Shown here piece by piece: positions 40,738 through 50,896 of a stretch of DNA of 57,433 bases. This DNA comes from Synechococcus sp. (lineage in GTDB: Bacteria; Cyanobacteriota; Cyanobacteriia; Thermostichales; PCC-7336), in NCBI GenBank assembly GCA_051439425.1, contig JBFRWD010000074.1:1-57433 (forward strand), written 5' to 3'. Both the position numbers and the translations under genes were made by a program. The first letter of the stretch is position 1. Each line of letters opens with the position of its first letter. A model generated the notes under the pieces. It was given only the letters and a program-made list of their open reading frames with translations. It was not told the DNA's origin and did not search any database.

Positions 40738-42060
40738 TCACGCGGGGGAACAGGCGACACGGAACCCGTAGAAGCGGTACCGATAGCCGGGAAAGTCCCA
40801 GCTGCGGCAGGCAGACCGGCAGTCCTGCGGGCCGTAGTCCCACGAACCACCACGCAACACCCTATAGTTTTTATCTCCTCCTTTTATCCAGGGGGTTCCC
40901 CCTGGGGGCGCGCCCTCGTAATTTGCATGCCAGTGGTCGGCACACCACTCCCAGACATTGCCGTGCATGCCATACAGCCCAAAGGCATTGGCTTTAAAGG
41001 TGCCAACAGGTGTTGTTTGTTCGCGATACTCCCCTTTCGACCCCTTCCCGTAAATGTAGTTGCCGTTGTAATTGGCCAAATCTGTAGAAATCGTCGGTCC
41101 AAACGAAAAGGGGGTGACTGTTCTTGCTCGGCAAGCATATTCCCATTCCGCTTCGCTGGGCAATCGATAATCTTTACCAGTCTGTTGCGACAGGCGATCG
41201 CAAAATTCAACCGCTTCGAACCAAGAAATTTGTTCCACTGGGCGATCTAGACCGAAAAAATGCGAAGGCTGTGGTGTAAGTTCCTCCTTCACTTTCGGGA
41301 GAGCTGCTACCTCCATCCACTGCGCTTGAGTGACCGGATATTTGCCCATCCAAAAGGGTTGAAGATTGACTCGATGCTGAGGACCTTCTACATCAACGAG
41401 TGATTCATCGAACTCCTCATACCAATCTCGGCCTTCTTCACGCTCGGGCGATCCCATCCAAAATCCGCCTCCTGGAATTGCGATCATCTCCAGCGCTACG
41501 CCGTTTCCCAGGGGCTCTGAGAAATTCTCAAGACCGCTTGACTTCGGAGGTGAAGCGTTACTTTTGCTAGGGGGAGTTTGAAGAGGTGGCGGTGCAGAGG
41601 ATGGCTGTTCGAGCAGATCTTCGACAGTATTGGTTAACTGAACCCAGATTTTATCTTGCTCAAAAGTGGGCAACCCCAACAAAGGTTGGGAGGGAGAATT
41701 CACCGCTTGGAATTTTTTTAACGGACTTCTTTTGAACCGACAATGTCCCAAAATGACCGGCAATACGTCCAAACCTTCACGAGCTTGAGCCAGCAATATT
41801 GGCGGTAATTCGTCGTCATGAATAAAATCAGATGCCAAAAAGTCAGCACTCACCAATAAGATGGCTACCCGCGCTTCATCCAAAGCCCGATCGATCTCCG
41901 CTTTCCAGTCCTGACCGGCCCGTATTTTGGTGTCATCCCAGCGTTCTACAATTCCATCACGCTCCAGTGGCTTCAAATGAACCTGTAATCGTTCGAGTGC
42001 TGAGGAATCACGATGGCTGTAGCTGATAAATACTTTGGTGCGTTTGGTATTGCTTGCCAT
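40738..42060 (-). CDS. TIR domain + FGE-sulfatase (SUMF1/CLec) domain protein
   Basis: N-terminal VFISYSH...WDD...EL TIR motifs; C-terminal FWMGS, YPVTQ, RLPSEAEWEYACRA, GNVWEW and RGGSW...GFRV motifs. Confidence 0.92.
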   Translation of the reverse strand: MASNTKRTKVFISYSHRDSSALERLQVHLKPLERDGIVERWDDTKIRAGQDWKAEIDRALDEARVAILLVSADFLASDFIHDDELPPILLAQAREGLDVLPVILGHCRFKRSPLKKFQAVNSPSQPLLGLPTFEQDKIWVQLTNTVEDLLEQPSSAPPPLQTPPSKSNASPPKSSGLENFSEPLGNGVALEMIAIPGGGFWMGSPEREEGRDWYEEFDESLVDVEGPQHRVNLQPFWMGKYPVTQAQWMEVAALPKVKEELTPQPSHFFGLDRPVEQISWFEAVEFCDRLSQQTGKDYRLPSEAEWEYACRARTVTPFSFGPTISTDLANYNGNYIYGKGSKGEYREQTTPVGTFKANAFGLYGMHGNVWEWCADHWHANYEGAPPGGTPWIKGGDKNYRVLRGGSWDYGPQDCRSACRSWDFPGYRYRFYGFRVACSPA

Positions 42061-42321
42061 TCGTACCGCTGCAAATCGTTCGAGACACAGTGGCCTCAGA
42101 ATACGCGGAAATCTTTGGGTAGCACAACACTTTTATACGACTTTCGGTGAGCTGCAGTCTTTAGGAGTAGGGGCGCTCGGACCTACCCTCAAATCGAGGC
42201 TCGCACCTGTCAACCCAATGCCCTTGGTGTGCCTTCTGGATATTCTCATCGTGCCAATCGGTCTAGTTAACCTACTTATTGGTCTATTCTGTCAACGACT
42301 GTTGCGATTGACCCAATCCCT

Positions 42322-43950
42322 ATGAAGCCCTTGAATAGCCAAACTTGGGGGAACTCATTTGGCCTCTGTCTCACAGTGTTTTTGCTGTCGTACACAGTGG
42401 GGGTGGTGCCACCGATGATGCCGCCCATGGTGCGAGAGTTTGACTCCAGCATGGGGTTTATACAGTCGGCTCTGGTGCTGATGTCGCTAATCACAGCCTC
42501 CTTTATCCCCACTGCAGAAAATCTAAGTCGCCGTTTGGGGCGTAAAGCTGTTTTTGCTGCCGCCCTCTCGATCTATGCCATCGGCTTGGTGCTGATAATC
42601 ATCAGTCCCACCATTGCTGGGTTCATGTTGGGGCTATCCGGCGCGATTGGGCTGTCGGCGGCGGCCTTGATCGGTACGCCCTTCACCTTGATGTTGATGT
42701 CTCCCGAAAGTAAATCTCGGCAATTGAACCTGCTAGCCCTCAGTCTCTCTAGCATCGTTGGCACATTGGTGGGCTCGGTGTTGGGAGGGCTTTTTGCGGC
42801 CCAGCTGAGTTGGCGATGGGCGTTTGGTGTCGAGCTTTTGCTGGTACCGGCGATTTTGATGTTGGTGCGCCAGTTTCCGGTGGGCGAGACGCGGGATACC
42901 AACGTGCCGATTGATTGGGTGGGTGGCTTGCTGTCGGTATGTGGGTTTGGATTTACCCTAGTTGGAATTAGCCTGGCGGGAGTCTATGGATGGTGGGAAC
43001 CGATCGCGACTCCTCCCATCTTTAAGGATCTCCTGACCCCGTTTGGCATATCAATTGTGCCGGTGTGCATTCTGTCGGGGGCGATTTGCTTGGGGTTATT
43101 GGTGTACTGGCAGCGGCAACTGGTTCGAGCCGGCCAGCCATCTCTATTGCGAATGGGGGTGTTTGCCAGACGAGGATATGTTGTCGGTCTGGCGATTGGT
43201 ACCCTGCACACGGCGATTTCATCAGGGTTGCGGTTTAACTTATTTCAGTTCTTACCGGTGGTAGTGGGCCTCAATACGCTGCAGACTGCACTGACGGTGA
43301 TGTCATCCACTGTGGCTCAATTAGTGGTGTTAATTGGGTTGCTGAAGTACAGGAATAAATTTCGTCCCCGAACAATTTTGCAAATGGGCTTAGTGCTTGA
43401 ATGTGTAGGGCTGATGCTGTTATTTCCTGCTTTTGGCTCGTCATCAGGGTCGACGGTTAGTGTGCTGCTGCCACTCGTTTTGTTTGGCATGGGCATGGGA
43501 TTGTTTGTGTTGTTTATTACATCGCTGACATTTTCTGCCACTGCCGTTGAGGAGAAAGCAGAAGCCAGGGGCATTTATCGACCATTTCAACAATTAGGAG
43601 CATCTCTGGGACGCGGCGTTTTAGGGACTATTTTGGTTGGCTTTGCCTCTACAAAGATTGTTGATGGGTTGATTGCGAATTGGGATCGCTCCTTTTCGGA
43701 TAGTGCGCGATCGCAAGTTATATCCCTGGTGCGGCGGGCCATTCAAACATTTACAAAAGATGAGAGATCTGCCTTAGTTTCAGAATTACCAGACTCTGTC
43801 CGCGATAACTTTGGCAGCATTGTAAATCTAGCAGCAACTGAGGCCATGCAGATTACGTTGGGAATTATCTTGGCACTGAGTCTTCTCTGCTTAATGGCTT
43901 CATTTCTCTTGCCCAAAAACATTACGCAATTTGAGGTTCCCATTGAATAG
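42322..43950 (+). CDS. MFS transporter (DHA2-like)
   Basis: About 14 hydrophobic segments; LSRRLGRK motif A variant, WRWAF and IDWVG. Confidence 0.85.
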   Translation: MKPLNSQTWGNSFGLCLTVFLLSYTVGVVPPMMPPMVREFDSSMGFIQSALVLMSLITASFIPTAENLSRRLGRKAVFAAALSIYAIGLVLIIISPTIAGFMLGLSGAIGLSAAALIGTPFTLMLMSPESKSRQLNLLALSLSSIVGTLVGSVLGGLFAAQLSWRWAFGVELLLVPAILMLVRQFPVGETRDTNVPIDWVGGLLSVCGFGFTLVGISLAGVYGWWEPIATPPIFKDLLTPFGISIVPVCILSGAICLGLLVYWQRQLVRAGQPSLLRMGVFARRGYVVGLAIGTLHTAISSGLRFNLFQFLPVVVGLNTLQTALTVMSSTVAQLVVLIGLLKYRNKFRPRTILQMGLVLECVGLMLLFPAFGSSSGSTVSVLLPLVLFGMGMGLFVLFITSLTFSATAVEEKAEARGIYRPFQQLGASLGRGVLGTILVGFASTKIVDGLIANWDRSFSDSARSQVISLVRRAIQTFTKDERSALVSELPDSVRDNFGSIVNLAATEAMQITLGIILALSLLCLMASFLLPKNITQFEVPIE

Positions 43951-43980
43951 TTTTATGACTATTCAGTTAGTAACAAAACA

Positions 43981-44005
43981 GCCAATCTCTGATATAGAGA
44001 TCGGC
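43981..44005. terminator. Hairpin between the convergent MFS and desaturase genes
   Basis: GCCAATCTCT-GATAT-AGAGATCGGC. Confidence 0.45.
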
Positions 44006-44217
44006 AATCTGCCATGAAGACTTCCCTGACTACTTTTCCTTGAAAATAAATATTTTCGCCATCTCAATCCTTCAGGCCTTACAGCGGATTGCTATAGATG
44101 TATTTCTCACACCTCTGCCACCAAATTTTAAGCTAGACATTGTTATATATCCAACCAAAAAGATACTGAGAAGTGCCATTAAAATCATTCAATCTCTTCA
44201 GCCCACCGGCACAAGCC

Positions 44218-45711
44218 CTACCCTGATAAATCGTGGCTCACAAACCGAGCAGTATTTTTTGCCGCTTCCAGAATAGTCATCAAGCCACTACCCGGATGAA
44301 CCGCTCCACCAACCCAATAAAGTCTCTCTGTGAATTCCGATCGAATGGGAGGACGCAAGGGGCCAAGTTGTTTCCACGTATGACTCAGATTAAAAACCGC
44401 CCCCAAGTAAACGGAATAATCATCCTGCCAGGTATTTGCGGTGTAACAGGTTTCCGTGACAATGTGTTGCTCCACATCTTCATATCCCAAAAGGGGTAAT
44501 CGTTGGATAATCATGTCGCGATAGCTTTGTTTTTTTTCCTGCCAATTCACCTGATTCCCGGTGTGGGGAATAGGCACTAAAACATAAAGTGTTGAATGAT
44601 TTTCCGGTGCATTGCTTGTATCCACCGGAGTCGGGTTGCACACGTAAAAGGGCGGATTAATTTCATCGAGAGCCGAATCATCAATGAACGGGCGCTCTTG
44701 CTTGAGAATATGCTCTGACAGATACAGTTGGTGGTGGGGCAAGCCGTCATAACGCCGATTGAGACCCAGATAAAGCATAAAGGTGGAACAAGAAAACTGC
44801 TTTTTAGCAAAGTAGCGAGCAGTGTATTTTCCTCGCGCCGATGGCGGCAGTAGTGTCTGTACGGCTTGGGCAAAGTCAGCATTTACGACGACAGCATCTG
44901 CTGCCACCCGCTCACCGGTTGTGAGTATTACCCCGCGGGCCTTTCCTTGTTCGAGCCACACCTGCTTGACAGTAGCCGATAACCGGATGTTTCCCCCTAA
45001 GTCTTGAATGGCCCGAGCGATCGCTTGGGCTAGGGCGCGAAACCCGCCTTGAGGATGCCAAACGCCAAACGCCATTTCCAGATATGGAATCAGACTAAAG
45101 ACGCTGGCGCTCAATGTGGGGTGCATCCCCAAGTACTTAGCTGGATAGCTGAGAGCATAGACTAATCGTTCGTCGCGAAAAGCATTCCAGAAATGCTGAT
45201 ACAGCGTTTCCCAAGGCCGGAAGCTGAGTGCAGTCGTCATGACCTGAGGGCGCATGTATCCCAATAGCGATCGCGACGGTTCACTCAGGAAAGGTCCGTA
45301 CCCTTTTTCAAATCTGTATTGGTAGTCTGCGTACCAGCGGTCCAATGCCTCAGGTAAATCGCTGCGCCAAATGGCAAGTTGCTGCTTTAATTTGTCGAGG
45401 TCGGTGGTCAGATCGAGTTGAGTATCGTCCCAGAACCGCAGACGAGTGTAAGGTTCAAGAGGAGTAAAGGTGATATAGTCCGCACGATTCAAGCCCGCAC
45501 TGGCAAAGAGCGCGTCGTAGAGTTGGGGCATTTGGAGAATGGTGGGGCCGGTGTCGAAAGCGTAGTCGCCCACTTTCAACCCTCGCATCCGCCCGCCGAC
45601 GCAGTTAGCAGCTTCCAACAGTTCAACGCTGTAACCTTGCCCAAGCAATCGTAGGGCAGTCGCCAACCCCCCTGGCCCTCCTCCCACAACAATCACATGC
45701 TGGCGAGTCAT
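44218..45711 (-). CDS. crtQa: CrtI-family carotenoid desaturase, CrtQa-like (zeta-carotene desaturase)
   Basis: GGGPGG FAD fold, FDTGPT, YLGMHP and GGAVHPGSGL motifs; resembles Nostoc PCC 7120 CrtQa as recalled. Family is secure, the subtype less so. Confidence 0.7.
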   Translation of the reverse strand: MTRQHVIVVGGGPGGLATALRLLGQGYSVELLEAANCVGGRMRGLKVGDYAFDTGPTILQMPQLYDALFASAGLNRADYITFTPLEPYTRLRFWDDTQLDLTTDLDKLKQQLAIWRSDLPEALDRWYADYQYRFEKGYGPFLSEPSRSLLGYMRPQVMTTALSFRPWETLYQHFWNAFRDERLVYALSYPAKYLGMHPTLSASVFSLIPYLEMAFGVWHPQGGFRALAQAIARAIQDLGGNIRLSATVKQVWLEQGKARGVILTTGERVAADAVVVNADFAQAVQTLLPPSARGKYTARYFAKKQFSCSTFMLYLGLNRRYDGLPHHQLYLSEHILKQERPFIDDSALDEINPPFYVCNPTPVDTSNAPENHSTLYVLVPIPHTGNQVNWQEKKQSYRDMIIQRLPLLGYEDVEQHIVTETCYTANTWQDDYSVYLGAVFNLSHTWKQLGPLRPPIRSEFTERLYWVGGAVHPGSGLMTILEAAKNTARFVSHDLSG

Positions 45712-46431
45712 ATTTTTCCCTTCAAAAGTTGAAGGTAGCCTAACAAATCAATTTGAGTCTTGACTTCATGGTTCTTGCAAGACTCCACCCCAGGACTTGG
45801 TTCAAACTCCTAGGCGACAGGGTCACACCCTAAACAAGGGTCGATTCGCATCAAGACTGAGTTGGTATGGATTTAAGGAGTTGATGAGCAACCAAAAGTG
45901 TTGCCCTTCCTTGAACTAGAACAGATTTCAACTCATCTCGTGACTAACCTTGGTAAATCCTGAGGAGTCAATAGAGTTTTTGGGAGACGTCGTAGATTTA
46001 AGAAGAAGAGTAGCAGCGAGACTTTCTTCCCAAAAGAGTACATCTTGGAAGTTTTAGGAGTACAGATAAACATCAAAATCTATAGTGGGTAAACTCGAAT
46101 ACAGAGCTGGTCGGGGACTCAGCAAATGCAAAATCTTCCAGTCATATAGGGAGACTATCGGCTTAACGAAAGAACTCGCCTCAGAGATTGAGTTTACCCA
46201 TCAGCCAGGAGTGATTGACGGGGTTGTTGGTTTAACAAAAGATATAGCAAAATTGCCAGAAAGTACTGTCAGTCAGAGTATTGAGATATTGACGAAAAGG
46301 AACCGAGCTGTTCATCGCCTGAGATGACATTCGTGCCAAGTCGAATTTATCTATTCCATCTTTAAGATAGCTTTCTGACAATCAGGATAGGGGCAGAACT
46401 TTCGCTGCTCTATCACTTGTTCACGACACTT

Positions 46432-47148
46432 CTACATCATTTGTGATGCATCTTCCTGCTGACGACGAAAATCTAAAACATACTTATACCTTGACCAAGA
46501 ATAAGAAAGTACGGCCACGGCAAATGCCAATTCACCAATTTCAGAGAATCGCCCAGCAAAAAAAAGAGCTTCCCTGGCGAGCTCAATCGGAATTTCTCCA
46601 AACTGCTGTCTAGCATATTCCCATACAAAGCAAGTCAGCAATACTGTAAGCAACAAGTATCTTAAATTACTATCTGGCTTTATCATCTTAAACCAATCGA
46701 AGCGAATATAGGTGGCTATAAGTCCGAGTAGAGGAACAGAACCTAAATACCAGTGCCGATATCTCTGAATAAAATCTAAGTTGTGAATATTAATTTCATC
46801 TTGTGCATTGATATCTTGCCAATATTCAGGAGTTTCAATGTTAAACACTCTCTGCCCCCAACTAATTTCCTCTCCCGCCAAAAAGAAGGAACATAGTGTT
46901 GCAAATATAAGAAAATAACGCCAAGGACGTTTTTCTATATATGCTGCCAATGCGAAAATGAAACTAGAAGCAAACAAGAAAATAAATTGCCAAGTCTGTA
47001 CAATTCTCCCTTCACCGGTAATGAATCCGGCATATCTACTATCAAGCCCCCATAAAATCAACCAATAAATCATGATAAACGTTATGCCCCAAGTCAAAAT
47101 CCAGTGATAAAAAAATTTTATTCTAAGCTTATCTCTCAATGATTTCAT
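46432..47148 (-). CDS. Hypothetical multi-pass membrane protein (low GC)
   Basis: About 6 TM segments, GEEISWGQR and NIHN motifs; ATG 47148. Confidence 0.7.
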   Translation of the reverse strand: MKSLRDKLRIKFFYHWILTWGITFIMIYWLILWGLDSRYAGFITGEGRIVQTWQFIFLFASSFIFALAAYIEKRPWRYFLIFATLCSFFLAGEEISWGQRVFNIETPEYWQDINAQDEINIHNLDFIQRYRHWYLGSVPLLGLIATYIRFDWFKMIKPDSNLRYLLLTVLLTCFVWEYARQQFGEIPIELAREALFFAGRFSEIGELAFAVAVLSYSWSRYKYVLDFRRQQEDASQMM

Positions 47149-47249
47149 GATTTCTCTTAGGCTCAAAATAATTGTTTGATTACATAATTCTAGACTAGAT
47201 TCTGTTGAACTCACATCTTGCACCCGGTAGGACGATCGCTTAGAAAAGA

Positions 47250-47876
47250 GAACGTCATTTAAAGAGCGTTTGAAAGCGATATCCACCGGAGAGGAACGAG
47301 CAGTGCCGTTCCAAATAACAAGCTACTAATCATCCTTGGAGATTAGAAGGGACCTACATCCGAGTCGGAAGGGTTAGCAAAACCTTATATCGGGCGATGG
47401 ATTCAGCCGGAAAGACTCTGGATTGTTTGCGGACAGCCAGACGTGATGTCAAAGTGGCCAAACAGTCTCTGTGTAAGGTTTTGCAACGGGAGAACATCCA
47501 CAGTCCAAGAATCATCAATTCTGATAAGAACGGTTGCTACGCCAAGGCGATCTCCAAATTGAAGCAATCGGTCGAGTTACCAGAAAGCTGCAGGCAGCGT
47601 CCAGGAAAGGACCTCAGCAATATAGTGGATCGGGATCGCCAATTTGTTTGAGGGAAAGACCAAGCGAGTCGGCATTGCAAGAACCGCTTGAGTGCTCAAC
47701 GAACTCTCAGAGGAACGAAACTAGAAACATGATTTGCAAAGGGCAGCCTGATGATATTGCTTGGGGAGACGTCATTCCTCAGATAAGCTTCTTCCAGCAG
47801 TTCTTTGGTATTGCTGTCAAAAAACTTAGGGGCGGCGATAAGCTCTTGCCACTAATCTCTTTGTTGCAACACAACC
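47250..47876 (+). mobile_element. Degenerate IS6-family element (transposase pseudogene plus right IR)
   Basis: Decayed WRLEGTYIRV, LYRAMDSAGKTLD, INSDKN and LSNIVDRD motifs with stops and frameshifts; terminal TTGCAACACAACC resembles an IS6 IR. Confidence 0.85.
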
Positions 47877-47979
47877 GTTCTGACTCATAGCCACAACATC
47901 AACATATAGATAAACCGCCTGCGCATCGCGAGGCGGTCAGATTGTGGGTTACGACTCGTGCAGAAGAAATGCAAGCGAG

Positions 47980-48558
47980 TTAGGAGCAAGCGTGGTTGAC
48001 GAAGACATTAACCGTGCGGGAGTTGTTGGAAGGATTAGAATCTCCGTCTGGGGTGACCGTAGCGTTGAGGTCATAGCTGAATACTTCGGGGAAATCGACA
48101 TTCGTAAATTCCACCCAAGTATGGTTCCCAGCAGCGATCGCATTGAACGGCAAAGTATAGGTTGCATCCGCCGTTGGGGCATTGAAATAGTCGGAATCGT
48201 CAATCGGTTCGGGAACCGTGAGGGTGACGGTACCGCTGGGACCAACCGCGTCACCAATGTTGCTAACCAACACTCGAACCACATTGTGGCAACTGCCATG
48301 CTTCCAGATTCCTTGCGGGCCGCTGGTAGGAGCACTAGGGGCAAACGCTTGATAGTCGTAGCTGCCTGGGTTGTTGAGGGGCTGAACGTTATTGCTTTGT
48401 TGGGGCTGGCGCAATCGGTAGTCTCGTTGAATCTGTAATTGAGGGAGTTGTTGACGGCGTTGCGCAGAGAGCAAGGGACGGGCTTGAGCAATCGGAGCAA
48501 TGACAAGACCCAAACCAACCAGGGCGAAAATCTTGGAAGCAGAAGATTGGAAGCTCAT
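47980..48558 (-). CDS. Secreted protein with C-terminal CARDB-like Ig domain
   Basis: Signal peptide ending AQA, Gln-rich linker, VSNIG and DSNPSNN motifs; ATG 48558. Confidence 0.65.
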   Translation of the reverse strand: MSFQSSASKIFALVGLGLVIAPIAQARPLLSAQRRQQLPQLQIQRDYRLRQPQQSNNVQPLNNPGSYDYQAFAPSAPTSGPQGIWKHGSCHNVVRVLVSNIGDAVGPSGTVTLTVPEPIDDSDYFNAPTADATYTLPFNAIAAGNHTWVEFTNVDFPEVFSYDLNATVTPDGDSNPSNNSRTVNVFVNHACS

Positions 48559-49279
48559 GTGTAAATCTCTGGGTAGCTGCATGAGTTCACAATATTTTGT
48601 CTCGAAAGAATGTCTTGCGATCGCGATCGTAAAGAGCCTGTGATCTAGATCGCAAGCAGACAAAATCGAATAATTTTGATTAAAAATAGACGAATCAAAA
48701 AAGCGACCCGATCGCACATCAAAGCCTATACATATAAGGGGTTTCAGAGTTACCCGATCTAAAAGAAACACAAGAATTCTTCGTCTATTTTTCCATTTTG
48801 TGCAATTACAATCAGGCTCATGTGAATCAAAAGTCACCGTTATCTGTAGTCGATTTAGACAGTTATAGAAAGGGAGAGAACGTCGAGAAAAGTTCCCATG
48901 CAGACGGGATGAGTAGAGGGAGCTTCGACCGTGATGAGGGGGCAATACTTGTCCACTGAAGTGTACTTGTGGTTCATTAGCTTCCTGCTCTGTATCGACA
49001 TCGGGGCGGATTTCCGCTTGGCAAGGTTTTCTTGCCGCAGTTCTCTATAAATCTGCTGACGATCCACCGCAATGCTCTCACGCCCGAAGGCATAGTAAGA
49101 ACGCCACCCACCCCCGACAAATTGCATGCCTTTTTCTAAGGCAAAAGAGATGAGCGAACTCTTGCGCAAGTGCACGCTAGAGAAGTCGCCATCGATTCAG
49201 ATGCAAGTCAACAGCGACCAAAACGTTTAGGGGCAACAAGCTTCTCTTCCTTGATGGAATCTGGCTTTCCACACACTTG

Positions 49280-50149
49280 TCACACAACTTTTGCCGGCTG
49301 CAAAAGTGATGCGCAGTCACGCGCATACTGCGCAAATCGTCTCGGATCGTGTCCGGTTACATGCTTGATGTCGTTTGTGATGCGGTTTGCCCGATCCTCG
49401 CGATAGTAACGTTCGAGGTCGAGCATCCGATCCGCGATCGCCTCCGGCATGCCTTCTGCAAGCAGACCGTGCTTCAAGTCCGAGGGGGAAAGGTTGATAT
49501 GGCTGATTTTACGCCCAAGCACTTTCGACAGCTCGTCCGCGAGTTCGTCGTAGGTTATGGCCTCGGGTCCGGTCAACGTATAGACCTGTCCCGCATGGGT
49601 GGGTTCGGTTAGCGCTTTCACGGCCACCGCAGCGATGTCACTCACATCGACATGGGCAATCTTTGCTGTGCCGCTGGCGCTGTAAAACGCTGATTCAGCC
49701 GCGATCATCTCGCTCATGAACGTTACGACATTCTGCATAAAACTGTTAGGGCGGAGAAACGTCCATGCCATGCCGCTCGATTCAATCGCCTTCTCGACAG
49801 GTCGATGAACCAGAGCAAGACTGAATGCCTCGTCTTCGGCTCCCATCACGGATTGCTTCACGATGTACTGCACGCCAACTTCTTTCGCCGCTTCGACGGC
49901 GTTGAGTTCGAGCTGCGTCTGGTTATGTGCGTTTGGCCCTAGGAGGAATAACTTATCGCATCCCTGAAACGCAGCACGAAGGGTCTCTGGGTGGTTATAG
50001 TCGATGATGACGGCCTCCATCCCTGTCGCCAGTGCGGCCTCCATCTTCTTTTTCGAGAAGTAAGCAACGCGAAACGGCACCTTTGCGAATTCAAGCTGTT
50101 TGACAACTTCGCGACCGACAGTTCCACCAGCTCCAGTAATGCAAATCAT
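49280..50149 (-). CDS. NmrA-like atypical SDR / NAD(P)H-binding oxidoreductase
   Basis: ITGAGGTVG, LRPNSFMQN, VDVSDIA and LTGPEA motifs. Confidence 0.9.
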   Translation of the reverse strand: MICITGAGGTVGREVVKQLEFAKVPFRVAYFSKKKMEAALATGMEAVIIDYNHPETLRAAFQGCDKLFLLGPNAHNQTQLELNAVEAAKEVGVQYIVKQSVMGAEDEAFSLALVHRPVEKAIESSGMAWTFLRPNSFMQNVVTFMSEMIAAESAFYSASGTAKIAHVDVSDIAAVAVKALTEPTHAGQVYTLTGPEAITYDELADELSKVLGRKISHINLSPSDLKHGLLAEGMPEAIADRMLDLERYYREDRANRITNDIKHVTGHDPRRFAQYARDCASLLQPAKVV

Positions 50150-50258
50150 CGTTTGTTTCCCTCCTTTGAGGCTTAAGGTATTGATTGATTAATGGCTACA
50201 TGTATGGTGTTTGCCATATTGGTATGGCCACTGCTATAGCAGCCAAAATAGGCATTCT

Positions 50259-50762
50259 TCAAAGTCTGAAGAGAAGAATCATCAACAAAACAGATGCCAA
50301 GCCAGCAAAAGGCGTTCTGATTAAATTCCATCGATTCCAACCGGGCTCGAAGTCCATCCGAGCAGTCTTCAGAGCCTCTTCATCCATGGCATCAACATTC
50401 AGCGCTTGGAGTTGATTGTTCAGCGGGACATTAATCGTGAAAGTGGACAATTGGACACCCAGGATGTAGACAATCGGAGCGGAGATCAACAGCAGACGTT
50501 GAGCACCATCCAGTGCTCTGAAGCCCAGCCCAGCTGCCATCACCAACGCCACAACAGACCCCATCCACACGACCACAAATAGCGGCTGGTTATTTTGGAT
50601 GACACCGTCAATCACCTGAAAGGCCCGGATAAATTCGCGGTCGTTCAACGTTTTGATACCGGGCATCACGACTGTGGAAAAGGCAAACAAGAAGCCTGCC
50701 ACGAGGGAACAAAGTAAGGTCGCCAAAATCAGAACAATTTGAAACGTTGATTCGATGGACAT
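50259..50762 (-). CDS. DUF1772 (anthrone oxygenase family) membrane protein
   Basis: AGFLFAFS-VVMPG, NVPLNN and WNRWNLIRT motifs. Confidence 0.88.
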   Translation of the reverse strand: MSIESTFQIVLILATLLCSLVAGFLFAFSTVVMPGIKTLNDREFIRAFQVIDGVIQNNQPLFVVVWMGSVVALVMAAGLGFRALDGAQRLLLISAPIVYILGVQLSTFTINVPLNNQLQALNVDAMDEEALKTARMDFEPGWNRWNLIRTPFAGLASVLLMILLFRL

Positions 50763-50861
50763 GGTTCAAGTTCCTTAGCTTGAAACGCCAGCGGTAGAAG
50801 TGATGTGAATGAATCCCTTTACGACAACATCCTCAGCTTACGGAGAGTGACCCGGTACTGC

Positions 50862-50896
50862 TTGTCATTTCTTGCGGGGTTGTCACTTTCTTGCGG
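50862..50896 (-). promoter_or_regulatory. Tandem direct repeat upstream of the DUF1772-NmrA pair (candidate regulator site)
   Basis: TTGTCATTTCTTGCGG and TTGTCACTTTCTTGCGG with a period of about 19 bp. Confidence 0.4.

Noticed and set aside
46085..46327. 80-aa ORF in the AT-rich segment
   Set aside because: No recognisable domain or RBS; may be a decayed fragment
48855..49175. 106-aa ORF between the CARDB and NmrA genes
   Set aside because: Cannot be assigned; possibly a gene remnant
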